64,000 bases of DNA from Octopus vulgaris (lineage: Eukaryota). Within the stretch, counting starts at the first letter, position 1. Every line of letters starts with the position of its first letter. The stretch covers positions 21,700,001 through 21,764,000 of the forward strand of contig OX597824.1 of assembly GCA_951406725.2 (NCBI GenBank), in the 5' to 3' direction. This document shows, one piece after another, positions 52,031 through 64,000 of the stretch. A program made the position numbers and the translations under genes. The notes under the pieces were generated by a model. That model worked only from the letters and a program-made list of their open reading frames with translations, did no database searches and was not told the DNA's origin.

Positions 52031-52751
52031 AGCAGCATTTTGTCTGTTTTTATGTTCTGGGTTCAAATTCTGCTAGGTCAGCTTTACCTTTCATCCTTTC
52101 AAGGTTAATAGAATAAATACCAGCTGAACACTGAGGTTGATGTAATCAGATAATATCCATTGCTACCAGGACCATGTTTTCCCAGGCAACACTCCCCTGA
52201 ACTTGCTGACCTTGTGCCAAAAATTGAAACCAATAACTTACAATCTACCAAATTTTAATATGTATAAGGAACCCTTGTGTATAAGGAAACCCTACATTTC
52301 TTGGGCTTAAAATTTAGAAAAAGGTTTTGTAAGGGATTATTATACTATCCATGTATAAGAAACTCCCATGTTTAAGAGTTTCGTTATTATAGTTAGCATT
52401 ATCATAGAAAATCTGGTTGTTTTCTGACTGTTTAGAACTCATATTAGAATTCATCCTAGAAGAAAGTAGCTGGTTTGTAACAAATAAACAAAACTCCATC
52501 AATGGAATTTGGATAACATCAATGATAAGTGATGTTGAACTTCAGAAAATTCTTGCACATTTTAATGTTTCACTGACAAATTGTATTTATAAAATATGTG
52601 TTTCCTGATGTTTTCCTTTGCCTGAAAATCCAAGTGTTTCCATCAAAAAATGTTGAACACAATGAGAAGTGAAGTGGACAGTTGATCGAATATTTGCTAG
52701 TGGACAGTTGATTGAATTTGCACAAGTGGACAGTTGATCGAATTTTCTCTC

Positions 52752-54374
52752 TGTTATGTCGTATGTTCGGATGCCTTCTACTCAACTCGACTCCTCTCTA
52801 GTCCTCTCTCACGTTTAGACTTCTCCCTCTATATCTATGTATTAGGCAAGCCTATTTCATCGTCTGGGGGCATCCACACAACACCTCCACCTTTTGAGTT
52901 TTTAAAACCTGAATTTATCAATTTTATTTCCTCGGTGAGAAACCGGCCTATCTTTTTCTCTCAGCGTTAATTTCCATCATTTCTGTAGGTTTTCTCTTCC
53001 TGTTCGACCTACATGTCGGTTCTGCTTTTGCTTGTGGTTCTGGGTCCTCGAACACTTTTGCTTGTGGTTCTGGGACCTGGAACAAATCATACCGTAATTC
53101 TATTGGTTCTTCTCGCCTCTTTTGGTTTTTGGCATATCTTTTTTTAAAAATTGGTTTAAATGCCTTCTGTGTTCATATTTTGGTCCTTTTTACCATGTAC
53201 ATCACGTTACCCAGACGTCCAGTTATACTTCCTTGTTCCCTATCCTGTTTTCTGTTACTATATATTTTAAAATACTCTTTGTCACCTGTATTAAAAAAAT
53301 TCGTTTTTCTTCCCAAATTTTCTATTTTCTGTTTCCTGCTCGGCAACCATTTGTCAGAAATAGAACGATAAAGATAAAACAGGTTTTATCTTTAAAGTGG
53401 CAATCTTTCCTCAAATGTTGATCTCCGCAACCATAGCACCGTTTTGAATTTAAATTTTTCCTTCTTTCTGTACTTTCTTTACACATTTGTACATTATTAT
53501 TCTTGTCTTCTGTCTTTCTTGTATCATCTTGGAGGTCTATTATTTGTTGACATTCCTCAGCCACATTCTGCAAATGAGTTTCACATCTTGATTCAACTTT
53601 GATAAAATTCTTTTTCTCATTTCCGCGTCTTCCGTTGCCACTAGCCGTTTAACGAATATTAAGTACTTGAACATATCTGGCGTTAATTCTTCCAGCTTAA
53701 ACATTTCGCAAGCCTTATTAACCATACCGGCATATATTACGAAATCATTGGATTCGTTTTTCTTTAAATTTAAACATTCCCATCAAATGTTAAACTGCGA
53801 AATTTTCTCGCTAAAAATATTAATCAAAATATTTATCATTTCATCAAAACACATTTCCGCGGGCTTTCTCGGCAAAATAAAGTTACAAAATCTTTCGTGT
53901 TCCGGAGTAGCAAGATTTTGCAAAAAGTGCCTTACCTTCCTTTCACTAGGCCATCCTTTGCATTCCTCTTGGAATATGTCTTCGTATCATCTGTAATATG
54001 CAGCAAACGTAGTTCCTTCATCCGGATTGTAGTGAAATTCTTTGATGGAATTTGCAACACCATCTGCACACCGATAGAGACCGATAGAATAAGTACTGGG
54101 CTTACAAAAGAATAAGACCCGGGGTCGATTTGCTTGATTAAAGGCGGTGCTCCAGCATGACTGCAGTCAAATGACTGAAACAAGTAAAAGAGTAAAAAGA
54201 GTAAAGACATCTTTAAACTTTACAGAAGGAACATTTGTTCTGGCTGTAGTAGCTGTTGTTGTGAGTGTTTGGGGAACTCTGTGTCATGGCTGTCATTATC
54301 GCGAGCCTTGCAGCTTTTGGGGGAATGATGAAGATTTTGTGATTGCATTGACGGTTGTAGATGTGGTTGTTGTA

Positions 54375-54407
<33 letters not shown>

Positions 54408-54484
54408 GCTTCTGTGTGCTTCTTTTATTTTATTTTTTTTCTCTCTTTAATCTGCTAAATTCCGAAGGAAACACTGGGACACCA
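52752..54484 (-). mobile_element. Internally deleted Gypsy (Mag/K02A2.6-like) LTR retrotransposon: gag pseudogene, integrase tail, PPT, short 3' LTR
   Basis: EFHYNPDEGTTFAAYYR.YEDIF...FILP.KP....FDE...; CYGCGDQHLRKDC knuckle; VMYMVKGPKYEHRRHLNQ; PPT aaaaggtggagg then TGTTGTG...CATAACA (52883-52752); PBS-like tggtgtccc near 54484. Confidence 0.85.
54071..54205 (+). mobile_element. SINE family A 3' fragment inserted in gag
   Basis: Consensus tail match. Confidence 0.85.
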
Positions 54485-54754
54485 AGATGTGTATGATATG
54501 ATATATGTGATATCAATGATATGGAAATTAGTGATGTGTGTAAGATATATGATTATATATGATAGATTTTTCATTGCAAAATATCCATGAAGATAAAGAT
54601 ATAACAAAAACAAACAAACAAATAAACAATCAGAAGTGGAAAGATTAATAGACTAAAGTGATAGAAAACTAGAGATACCGTATGAATATAAGTGCTTCTG
54701 AATATGTTTGTGTGTATATTATTATATATATGTTTGTATATGTGTATATAATTT

Positions 54755-54864
54755 TATATGAATATGTGTGTGTATATAAGTATATATACGTTTGTAAATG
54801 CAAATAAAACTATATATGAATGTGTGAGTGTGTGTGTGTGTATATAATTGTATATGAATGTGCA

Positions 54865-54913
<49 letters not shown>

Positions 54914-55152
54914 TTGTATAAGTGTATATGATTGTATATGAATGTGTATGTTTGCTTATATATATATATATATTTGTTTGTGTGTGTATAATTGTAGATG
55001 AATACATGTATATAAATATGTATATGTATACACACATATACACACATGTGTGTGTATATAAGTATATATACGTTTGTAAATGCAAATAAAACTATATATG
55101 AATGTGTGAGTGTGTGTGTGTATATAATTGTATATGAATGTGCATGTGTGTG

Positions 55153-55185
<33 letters not shown>

Positions 55186-55426
55186 TTGTATAAGTGTATA
55201 TGATTGTATATGAATGTGTATGTTTGCTTATATATATATATATATTTGTTTGTGTGTGTATAATTGTAGATGAATACATGTATATAAATATGTATATGTA
55301 TACACACATATACACACATGTGTGTGTATATAAGTATATATACGTTTGTAAATGCAAATAAAACTATATATGAATGTGTGAGTGTGTGTGTGTGTATATA
55401 ATTGTATATGAATGTGCATGTGTGTG

Positions 55427-55465
<39 letters not shown>

Positions 55466-55860
55466 TTGTATAAGTGTATATGATTGTATACGAATGTGTA
55501 TGTTTGCTTATATATATATATATTTGTTTATGTGTGTATAATTGTATATGAATACATGTATATAAATATGTATATGTATACACACATATACACACATGTG
55601 TGTGTATATAAGTATATATACGTTTGTAAATGCAAATAAAACTATATATGAATGTGTGAGTGTGTGTGTGTGTGTATATAATTGTATATGAATGTGCATG
55701 TGTGTGTATATATATATGTGTGTGTGTGTTTGTATAAGTGTATATGATTGTATATGAATGTGTATGTTTGCTTATTATATATATATATATTTGTTTATAT
55801 GTGTATAATTGTATATGAATACATGTATATAAATATGTATATGTATACACACATATATAT
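54755..55860. repeat. Tandem repeat, 4 copies of a ~272-282-bp TA/TG-derived unit
   Basis: Anchor cgtttgtaaatgcaaataaaac at 54789, 55071, 55343, 55621. Confidence 0.95.
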
Positions 55861-56825
55861 ACATACACATATTCATATACAATCATATACACATTGTCAA
55901 ACACTCACGCACGCACACATGCAGACATATATACATACATATGTGTGTGTGTTTGTGTGTGTTATTCTTTGTGTATATGATTGCATATAAATATGTGTAT
56001 GTATAAGTATGTGTATACATTTGTATATATATTATTTTATATGAATATTTATATGTGTATATAAATTTACATAGTTTTGTATATGTGTACATGATTGTAT
56101 ATGAGCATATGTATATATATATATATATATACATTTGTATATGTGTTTATGATAGTGTATAAATATGCGTTATATATATAAGTGTATGTACAATTGTGGG
56201 TTCAATTCCTGGAGTGGGCAATGCGCTATGCTCTTGAGCAGAGCATTTCATTTCCTGTTGCTCCAAGCAAATATGAGTGAACCTACAAAGGACTAGCATC
56301 CCATCCAGGAGATGGAGGCTGTGATTAAGATGTTCACTTCCAAAATGAATAGTCTTGGGGTTCTAGCTTGCCAAATAAAACAGTGGAATTTACTTTGTCC
56401 CTAGAACTAAAGAAATGTAAATGGCGATTATATCATCTATTGGAATTGTATTATCTCATCTGGTGGTGTGCAGCTCTATACATCACAGCTTTGGACAGAC
56501 AGAATCACTCTGTAGTAAGAAGCCTAATTTTAGTAATTATAAGTAAGATGCTGGAGTGCTGCAAGCAATGCTGGAATGATGTTTTCTAGGTAAGAATAGC
56601 TAACTTAGCATTATGTGTATTGAAAAGTTTGTAGTGTTTGTATGTAATCAGGACTACTGGAACATCTACAAATAAAAGATTCAACTCATGGAAGTGCCCC
56701 TCTATTCTGTTATAGCTTTCTCTACATATTTGTGGCTTTGTAATTTATTATTATGATTATTATTATTATTATTATTATTATGATTATTATTATTATTATG
56801 ATTATTATTATTATTATCATCATCG

Positions 56826-56859
<34 letters not shown>

Positions 56860-56960
56860 TATTATTATTATATGATGAAAACTCACAGCTCATTTTGTTG
56901 AGTATGATGGAAAGCGTCAGCTGCCCACAGCCAGCATACTAAGGTGACATTATTATTATT

Positions 56961-57402
56961 GAGTGAGAGAGCAGTGCATGCCAGCAAAGTGACATGGAGT
57001 AAAATATACGAAGCCCAGTATACTCATCATGACAACCCATCTGATAAGGGTACACCAGGCACATGCATCATAACCATATGTGTGTGACATGGTGATCTCA
57101 TATCAAGATAGACAGTGCATGACCTTGCAGGTGGGGCCCAGTTAGAAGTTTCTTCAGGTTGAGTAGCCCATCCTACTCAAAAGGTGCCTGAATAAGGGTT
57201 GTCTAAAGATGTTGAACAAAACATCCATGTTTCCAAAGGTGAATTATCCAAACCCCAAATAATTCCTTTCAATGCATGGCTATGATGTTTCCCCACTACT
57301 TCTGCTCATGATCAAAGATGCACATATTGTCAGCCACTACTAGTTAAGGTCAAACAACTGACAAACAAATCTGTGGTATTGAGCAGAATATTTGCTATAG
57401 CC
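56961..57402 (-). mobile_element. Family T copy, 5'-truncated
   Basis: Same 3' end gagtgagagagcagtgcatgcc next to (TTA)n. Confidence 0.9.
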
Positions 57403-58341
57403 CTATTATTATTATTATTATTATTATCATTATTATTATTATTACTATTATTATTATTGTTTTTGTTGTTATTAGTTTCCAGTTTAAATCTTTCTAAGAC
57501 TCTCTTTGCCTTTACTACATCCAGAGTCAACAAAATACATACCAGTCATACAGTGGGATTAACTTTATCTGTAAGATGAATTTGTGCCAATGTTAAAAAT
57601 CATTGTCATTTATTATCTAACGAGGAAGCCACAAAGTAATTGCTCAACCTGCTAGAAATAGCAACCTGATCTCCTCATATCACTAAATCTACTGTTTAAA
57701 AACAGAGAAGACATCAGAAAAATGGTCATGATTGGAAAAGCTTAAACCATTGATCTGATGGATCAAAGCTCAGCTGGTGTTAAAACAGCATTAATAATCA
57801 TTACTTTTATTTTCACTGACAGCATAAACCAAAAGAATACATTGTTAGATTCTGTCCACGGAAGCACTTTTCTGATTATAACATCTGTTAATTCTCCTCC
57901 AGGGACTTTATTTAACTGTGGAAGGTTTTATTGTAATTAAAGCAATGAAGAAGACATTGAGTGCAAAAGGTGTCAGATTACAATATTAATACGGTGATCG
58001 ACACCGGTTTCGCCTTTTATATATATTTGTTATTGTTGTTCTGCTGTTCTCGCATTTTATTTTATCTTGGTCATTGCTGACAGAAATACACTGAACTGTC
58101 TTGAACTGTCTTCAACTGGAGATTTTTACATCTTGATTTATGGTACTCATCAATACACTAGTCAATATTGATCAAACACTTAACCTTTATTTACAATTTA
58201 TATCAATCAGTGTATTGTCCAACTGTCCGCAGGCAGCAGGTTTTCACACACACTCACACACACACATATATGTACACACATGCTGACACACTTATACATA
58301 TAAATATATATGTGTGTGTGTGTGTGTGTGTATATATATGT

Positions 58342-58447
<106 letters not shown>

Positions 58448-58589
58448 ATAAATATATATGTGTGTATATATATATGTGTGCATGTGTGTGTGTGTATGTA
58501 TATATATTCATATATATATAAATATATGCTTGCGTGTATATGTATGTCAGATAATGCAAAAGAGAAAATAGAACATAAAATATCACTGA

Positions 58590-58671
<82 letters not shown>

Positions 58672-59714
58672 CATTTTATCAGCAAAAGTTATGTAGTGAC
58701 TTAAGGGCTGATAGCTTAGTGCATTAACGCTTATCAATGTTCGATAAGTTTGTGCCAATACACAAAGTTGTTGTTAACGTTGTTGTATATATATATATAT
58801 ATACACACACACATACATGTGCACACACATATACATGTATGTATGTCATCATCATCAATGATATACATACATACATACATACATATATACATACATACGT
58901 ACATATACATATGTGTGTGTGCATATATATATATATTACGTATTATAGTATATATATATGTGTGTGTGTATGTACAATAAGTTTGTGCCAATGCACAAAC
59001 CTGTAATTTCTGCTGATTAAATAAAACACAAATACACACACATACAAACACACACTTTCACACATACACACGCACACACACACATGCACACACATACACA
59101 CTCACACACGTATTTATAAGCATCCAATTGACACAGTCAATAGGGACATCACCTAGATTGGTTTGGAAATGACATTCTAGTTCTCTATGTCCTGGTTTTA
59201 AGTCCTGATGGGGTCAGCTTTGCTTTCTATTCTTTCGAGAATCAACATCTGTATGAGTTTGTCTCTCCTTATTATCCATAAAAGTACATCTGTAAGATCT
59301 CAGGATCAATACTATAGTAACTGGTCCATCGACAATGTGTATACATTAAGTATGATACATAGATGACTATTTCTGTATTATTCGATCTCACAGCCATTAT
59401 ACTTCTTTCATAATAATTATTGCTTCCATTATTGGCCTGGTGAGCTGGCAGAACCATTAGCATTCTAGACAATGCCCCAGAATGGCCACATTCTAATGAC
59501 AGAAATATATATATAAAAAAGATGTCTTGCAAACAACTTGCACATGCAAGTGCTACCAGTCAAAAGCTCCGTATACCGGAAGCCAGCAAGTGTATGGGGT
59601 CATCAGGAGAGAATGCGTACCGTTTTGGGGCCTACCTCTCGACAGCATCAATGCGCACCAGCCCCCCTCACTGATATGAGGCCCCGCTTGCTAGATCAGC
59701 TGGTTATCAAGTTA

Positions 59715-60120
59715 AGCTCAATATCCTTCTAGCGAAGAGCTGAATCTTTTTGTCACAGGAAGCAAAAAGCTATCCAGCCATGGCTATACTGCTTTCACAT
59801 CTGCTACAAATTGACTGCAATGGAGGAAATTTTTCAATCTTCATGTGTACTTTTGGAAGACCATAAAATACAGGTGTTCTTTGCTCTGACCCCAATGTTT
59901 TAGATTCAATGTCGTTTATAAAGTTGTTTTCTTCTCCTGCCAAAACCATTTTGTCAAGTTCTTTTCTGTAATTGGGAGTTGGTAATTCTTCATAAAATAT
60001 TTTGTCACTTAAAGGATTCTTCACAAACTGAAATGTACTCATTTTTGTCCATAATTACAGTATCACCCCTCCACCTTATCTGCCGTTTTAATAACACATC
60101 ACTCTGATCATCCAAAACCA
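59715..60120 (-). pseudogene. Penelope-like element, N-terminal RT fragment
   Basis: ADK.G..VIMDKNEY; TPVFYGLPKVH.....PPLQSICS. Confidence 0.85.
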
Positions 60121-61447
60121 AGCAATCAGCCAACTCCAAAGTCCTAATTTTTAAGAATAAAATGGATTTGTATTGACAGGAGATTTCTGGAAACATGCAA
60201 ATTATTTTGAATGCCATTACCTCAAACATGGTTATGGTGAGTCCTGATTGAAAGAAATTGCAAGTGACATAGCTAAAATTAACTATAAATGTCAGACTCC
60301 TATGCCTAATTACAGCAGTCAAAGTAAAATTTCTGACCAAATTCCATTAGTTATGAACTTGTACCAAAATTTTGCTGGCATTCCAAAAGTGTCGCATGAC
60401 AGTTATCAACATGTTTCACAAAAATATCCTCATTACAAAGAAATATTTCCTCACCTGCCTATTGTTAGCCTTTAGATGTAGCAAGAATATAAAGCAAAAA
60501 GTAACAGGTACCTCTAATCATAACAAAAACCCCAAAACAGTTTCTGGATGATGTACTCTTAAAAGCAGAGAGGGAAGCCTTGTTCATTGGGCAAACAGCT
60601 TGAATCAAGTTATTTCCAGCACAAATTCTCGCAGAAATGTTATGATTTTTACAGAAGGTGAGACCTGTAATGATTCCCTTTTTGGTGTATGTGGCTGAAT
60701 GCACCAAACACAACTTGATCTATGTTGACTGCACAACAGAAAAAAATTAAACAAAAGATTTAACAGGCACAGGAGTGGCTGTGTGGTAAGTAGCTTGCTT
60801 ACCAACCACATGGTTCCGGGGTCATTCCCACTGCATGGTACCTTGGGCAAGTGTCTTCTACTATAGCCTCGGGCTGACCAAAGCCTTATGAGTGGATTTG
60901 GTAGACGGAAACTGAAAGAAGCCCATCGTATATATGTATATATATATGTATGTATGTGTATATGTTTGTGTGTCTGTGTTTGTCCTTCCAACATCACTTG
61001 ACAACCGATGGTGGTGTGTTTATGTCCCTGTCACTTAGCGGTTCGGCAAAAGAGAACGATAGAATAAGTACTAGGCTTACAATGAATAAGTCCTGGGGGT
61101 CGATTTGCTCGACTAAAGGCGGTGCTCCAGCATGGCCGCAGTCAAATGACTGAAACAAGTAAAAGAGAAAAAGAGAGAGAGAGAGAGGTACAGGTATGAT
61201 GTCAGGTACAAGAACATTACTTCGGTGGAACTTGCTGAGCAGTTTGCATCAAGCAGGTGTAACTTTGATGAACACCTGAAAGTACATAGTCTCGGAAATA
61301 AATTATTTAGACTCCACTGCTGAACTTTTAGTCCTCAAACCACATGAAGATAAATATATCAGTGAGTTTCAAGTGTCTGTCACACACCCTGGGGTTAAAA
61401 ACAAAATCATAGAAGATTCCCATCAGGTTTATAGAAAGCTTTTTGAC
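60121..61447 (+). pseudogene. Penelope-like element, thumb/linker plus GIY-YIG endonuclease, split by a SINE
   Basis: FLRIKWIC; YLKHGY; IPLV; EIFPHLPIVSFR..KNI; C...LLVYVAECTKHNLIYV..T....NKRFN; ELAEQF; EDKYI. Confidence 0.8.
60765..61185 (+). mobile_element. SINE family A, full length
   Basis: Consensus match. Confidence 0.92.
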
Positions 61448-61595
61448 CTTTTCTTTCCTTCTTTCTTCCATTCTTTCTTTCTCCTTCTTTCTTTCCTTTC
61501 TTTTTTTCTTTCTCCTTCTTTCCTTTCTTTCTTCATCTTTTGCTTTCTCTTTCTTTTCTTTCTTTCTTTCTTCATCTTTTGCTTTCTCTTTCTTT

Positions 61596-61638
<43 letters not shown>

Positions 61639-61665
61639 GTCTTTCTTTTTCTCTCTTTTCTTTCT

Positions 61666-61712
<47 letters not shown>

Positions 61713-62062
61713 GTCTTTCTTTTTCTCTCTCTCCTTTTCTTTTTCTTTCTTTCTTTCTTTCTTTCTGTCTTTCTTTTTCTCTCTCTCCTTTTCTTTTTTC
61801 TTTCTTTCTTTCTGTCTTTCTTTTTCTCTCTCTCCTTTTCTTTTTTTCTTTCTTTCTTTCTGTCTTTCTTTTTCTCTCTCTCCTTTTCTTTTTTTCTTTT
61901 TTTCTTTCTTTCTTTCTTTATCTTTTCCTTTCTCCTTCTTTCCTTTCTTTATCTTTTGCTTTCTCTTCTTTTTTCTTTCTTTCTTTTTCTCTTCCCTTTT
62001 CTCTTCCTTCCTTTCTTTCATTCCTTCATTTATTCTTTCTTTCTTTCTTTCTTTCTTTCTTT
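61448..62062. repeat. (CTTT)n polypyrimidine tract
   Basis: Directly visible. Confidence 0.95.
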
Positions 62063-62904
62063 AACAGGTCGTTAACAAACGAAACGTAATGTCATCATTT
62101 TACCGAGGAAGGCACACATGACAGCCCTGTTGAAATTTTGAAGTCTTGCATTTCTGTGCATTTTTCATTTTTCATTATCCTTGTTTTGTTTTGAACCCGA
62201 AAAAAACAAACGTACTGTTGAAATATTGTTCAGTTCAGTAAACAAAGTCAACCTGTATCTTATTACATATCACATTAAATCTTTCCTAATTGTGTGTTAT
62301 AATTGTTGTTATCATTGCTATCGTCACCCATTATCGTAATTTTTATTATTATTGTTACATCATTATCACACCCCAACACCACCACCACCACCACCACCTC
62401 CATCACCACCACAAACATCAACATCATCAATTTTTTTTTATTGCTTTTGTATATTTGCTGTGGAAACGTATTTCAAAGACATCCACTTAAGCGATTTCCT
62501 CATAAATTATTAAATTGAGGAAAAAAGTTTTAATTCTTTTCCTTTTTCTCCCCCCCCCCATTGACAAAAGGCTTAGGAATATTCAGATACTCAACTCATT
62601 AACTGGCATGGGAAAGAGAGTTTGTCCTTCCGCATTTTATTGCATATGGATATATTTCGAAACATCTGTCATGCTTTGTTTCTTTATAGTTCAATATGGT
62701 CACCTCAGTAGTGGTGAGCAGAGGTGCACTAGTTACAATACGATGTTCTCCCTCAATGTTTGTAGATATAGTAAAGTGAGTCCCCTGGACAATCATGTCA
62801 TGAGTCAGGACTCATAGGACTCTTAGAGCCGGTTACTCAGTTTCTTGAGTGTATAAGTGATCAAGAGCACAACGTCTCTCTTCCAGCTGATTGGTATGCT
62901 AGTC

Positions 62905-63184
62905 CAGTCCAGGGTATCATCTGTATCATCTCTTGTGAAAGGTAGAAGAGTCCAGTTTGCTGGACATTGTTGTAGAACTGAAAACGAGATAATTTCTGCT
63001 CTTCTCCTCTGGAAGCCATCTACTCACGATACCAGAGGGTGTACACTCTCCTACTCTGATGTAATCTCCGGGGATACAGGCATCCAGCAACAGGACCTCT
63101 GTAATGCTATGATGGACCGTGAAGTCTGGCGTAGCATAGTAAATTCCATTGTCTTGACCACGGTCGAACAATGATGATGATGAT
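62905..63184 (+). pseudogene. RTE/RTEX-type LINE 3' end with (GAT)n tail, nested in a minus-strand SINE (62815-63340)
   Basis: RRVQFAGHCCR..NEIIS.LLLWKP.....G....Y.DVI..DTG.....L..AMMDREVWR. Confidence 0.85.
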
Positions 63185-64000
63185 TGCAAGGTTACTCATT
63201 GCCTTGTTGAGTGCACTGAAGCCGCATGAAATGAAGTGTTTTGCTCAAGAACACAATGCACTGCTCGGTCTAGGAATTGAAGCCATGATATTGCAATTGT
63301 AAGTACAACACCCTAAGTACTAGGCCTATGTGCCTTCACATTGCAGACACAGATATAGTTACAAAACAAGAAAGCAAAAGAAAATGATAATTAATTCAGA
63401 AAATGCAAAGATTAATTAAGCAAATACAAATAAATAAGCACCAGCAGTTATAATTTGACTAACACAAAAGGAAAGTGACAAAAATACAATTTTAAATAGC
63501 AGTAATAAAAACACCAAAAACAACAGCTCATCTTTTACCAGTATCATGAGTCAAAAAGAGCTATTAAAAATGGGTTGACTTCAGGCTAGAGAAAAATGCG
63601 GTGTGTCACAAATGAGAGTGAACCACATGTGCTGTAGAGTCTTCATGGACTTCCAACCTCCAATGATCCCAGAAAATTATAGAGCTGTCCGAGAATAATA
63701 TTCTATTGAGAAAGTGAAGAGAAGTTTGGCCAGGTCAGTGGTGCATAGCCAAAAATCCAGTTGCCACATATATGGCAGTATTGGCTAAAAGCACAAAATA
63801 GTATCACGCAGCAGAAAAGGCAGTGATACCAGGGGGCTTCTTAAGTGAATATCATGGCTATTTCTGCAACTGTGACCCCAACAACTGCTTGCAGCTGCAA
63901 GGTTAGTAAGAGCAAAAGCAGAGACAACCAAACCATTTTTTGTGCAGTTCACATTAAGAATTGAGAAGTTGGATACCAAGATGCAAAGGCACCTTTTCTT

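Noticed and set aside
57990-58020. Hammerhead motif (ggcgaaaccggt on minus strand)
   Set aside because: No CUGANGA or stem II upstream
62599-62796. 65-aa minus-strand ORF in unique sequence
   Set aside because: Length expected by chance; no homology or splice signals recognised
63530-64000. Possible decayed LINE ORF1 or exon
   Set aside because: Stops in the frames examined and no motif I can support; truncated by the window end

Overview
AT-rich eukaryotic DNA made almost entirely of microsatellites, SINEs and decayed transposons. The repeat make-up (tRNA/CORE-type SINEs, TAA/GAT/TA microsatellites, RTE, R4/Dong-like, Tx1, CR1 and Penelope relics) suggests an intron or intergenic region of an octopus-like cephalopod genome; this is an inference, not a database result. 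I find no intact protein-coding gene, RNA gene or CRISPR array. Nearly all listed ORFs are microsatellite or SINE artefacts or transposon pseudogene fragments. The notable signals are structural: (i) SINE tails that can be matched to LINE 3' ends inside the window (CR1-like, Tx1-like); (ii) a headless RTE-tailed element built from a variable array of ~63-bp double-hairpin monomers; (iii) head-to-tail SINE multimers, one bounded by a single TSD; (iv) pile-ups of TAA-targeting RLE retrotransposons; (v) several local inverted duplications and fold-backs, plus two retroelements with 5'-inverted architecture. Coordinates and identities were read by eye and are approximate (about +/-10 bp unless a TSD or TIR is quoted).
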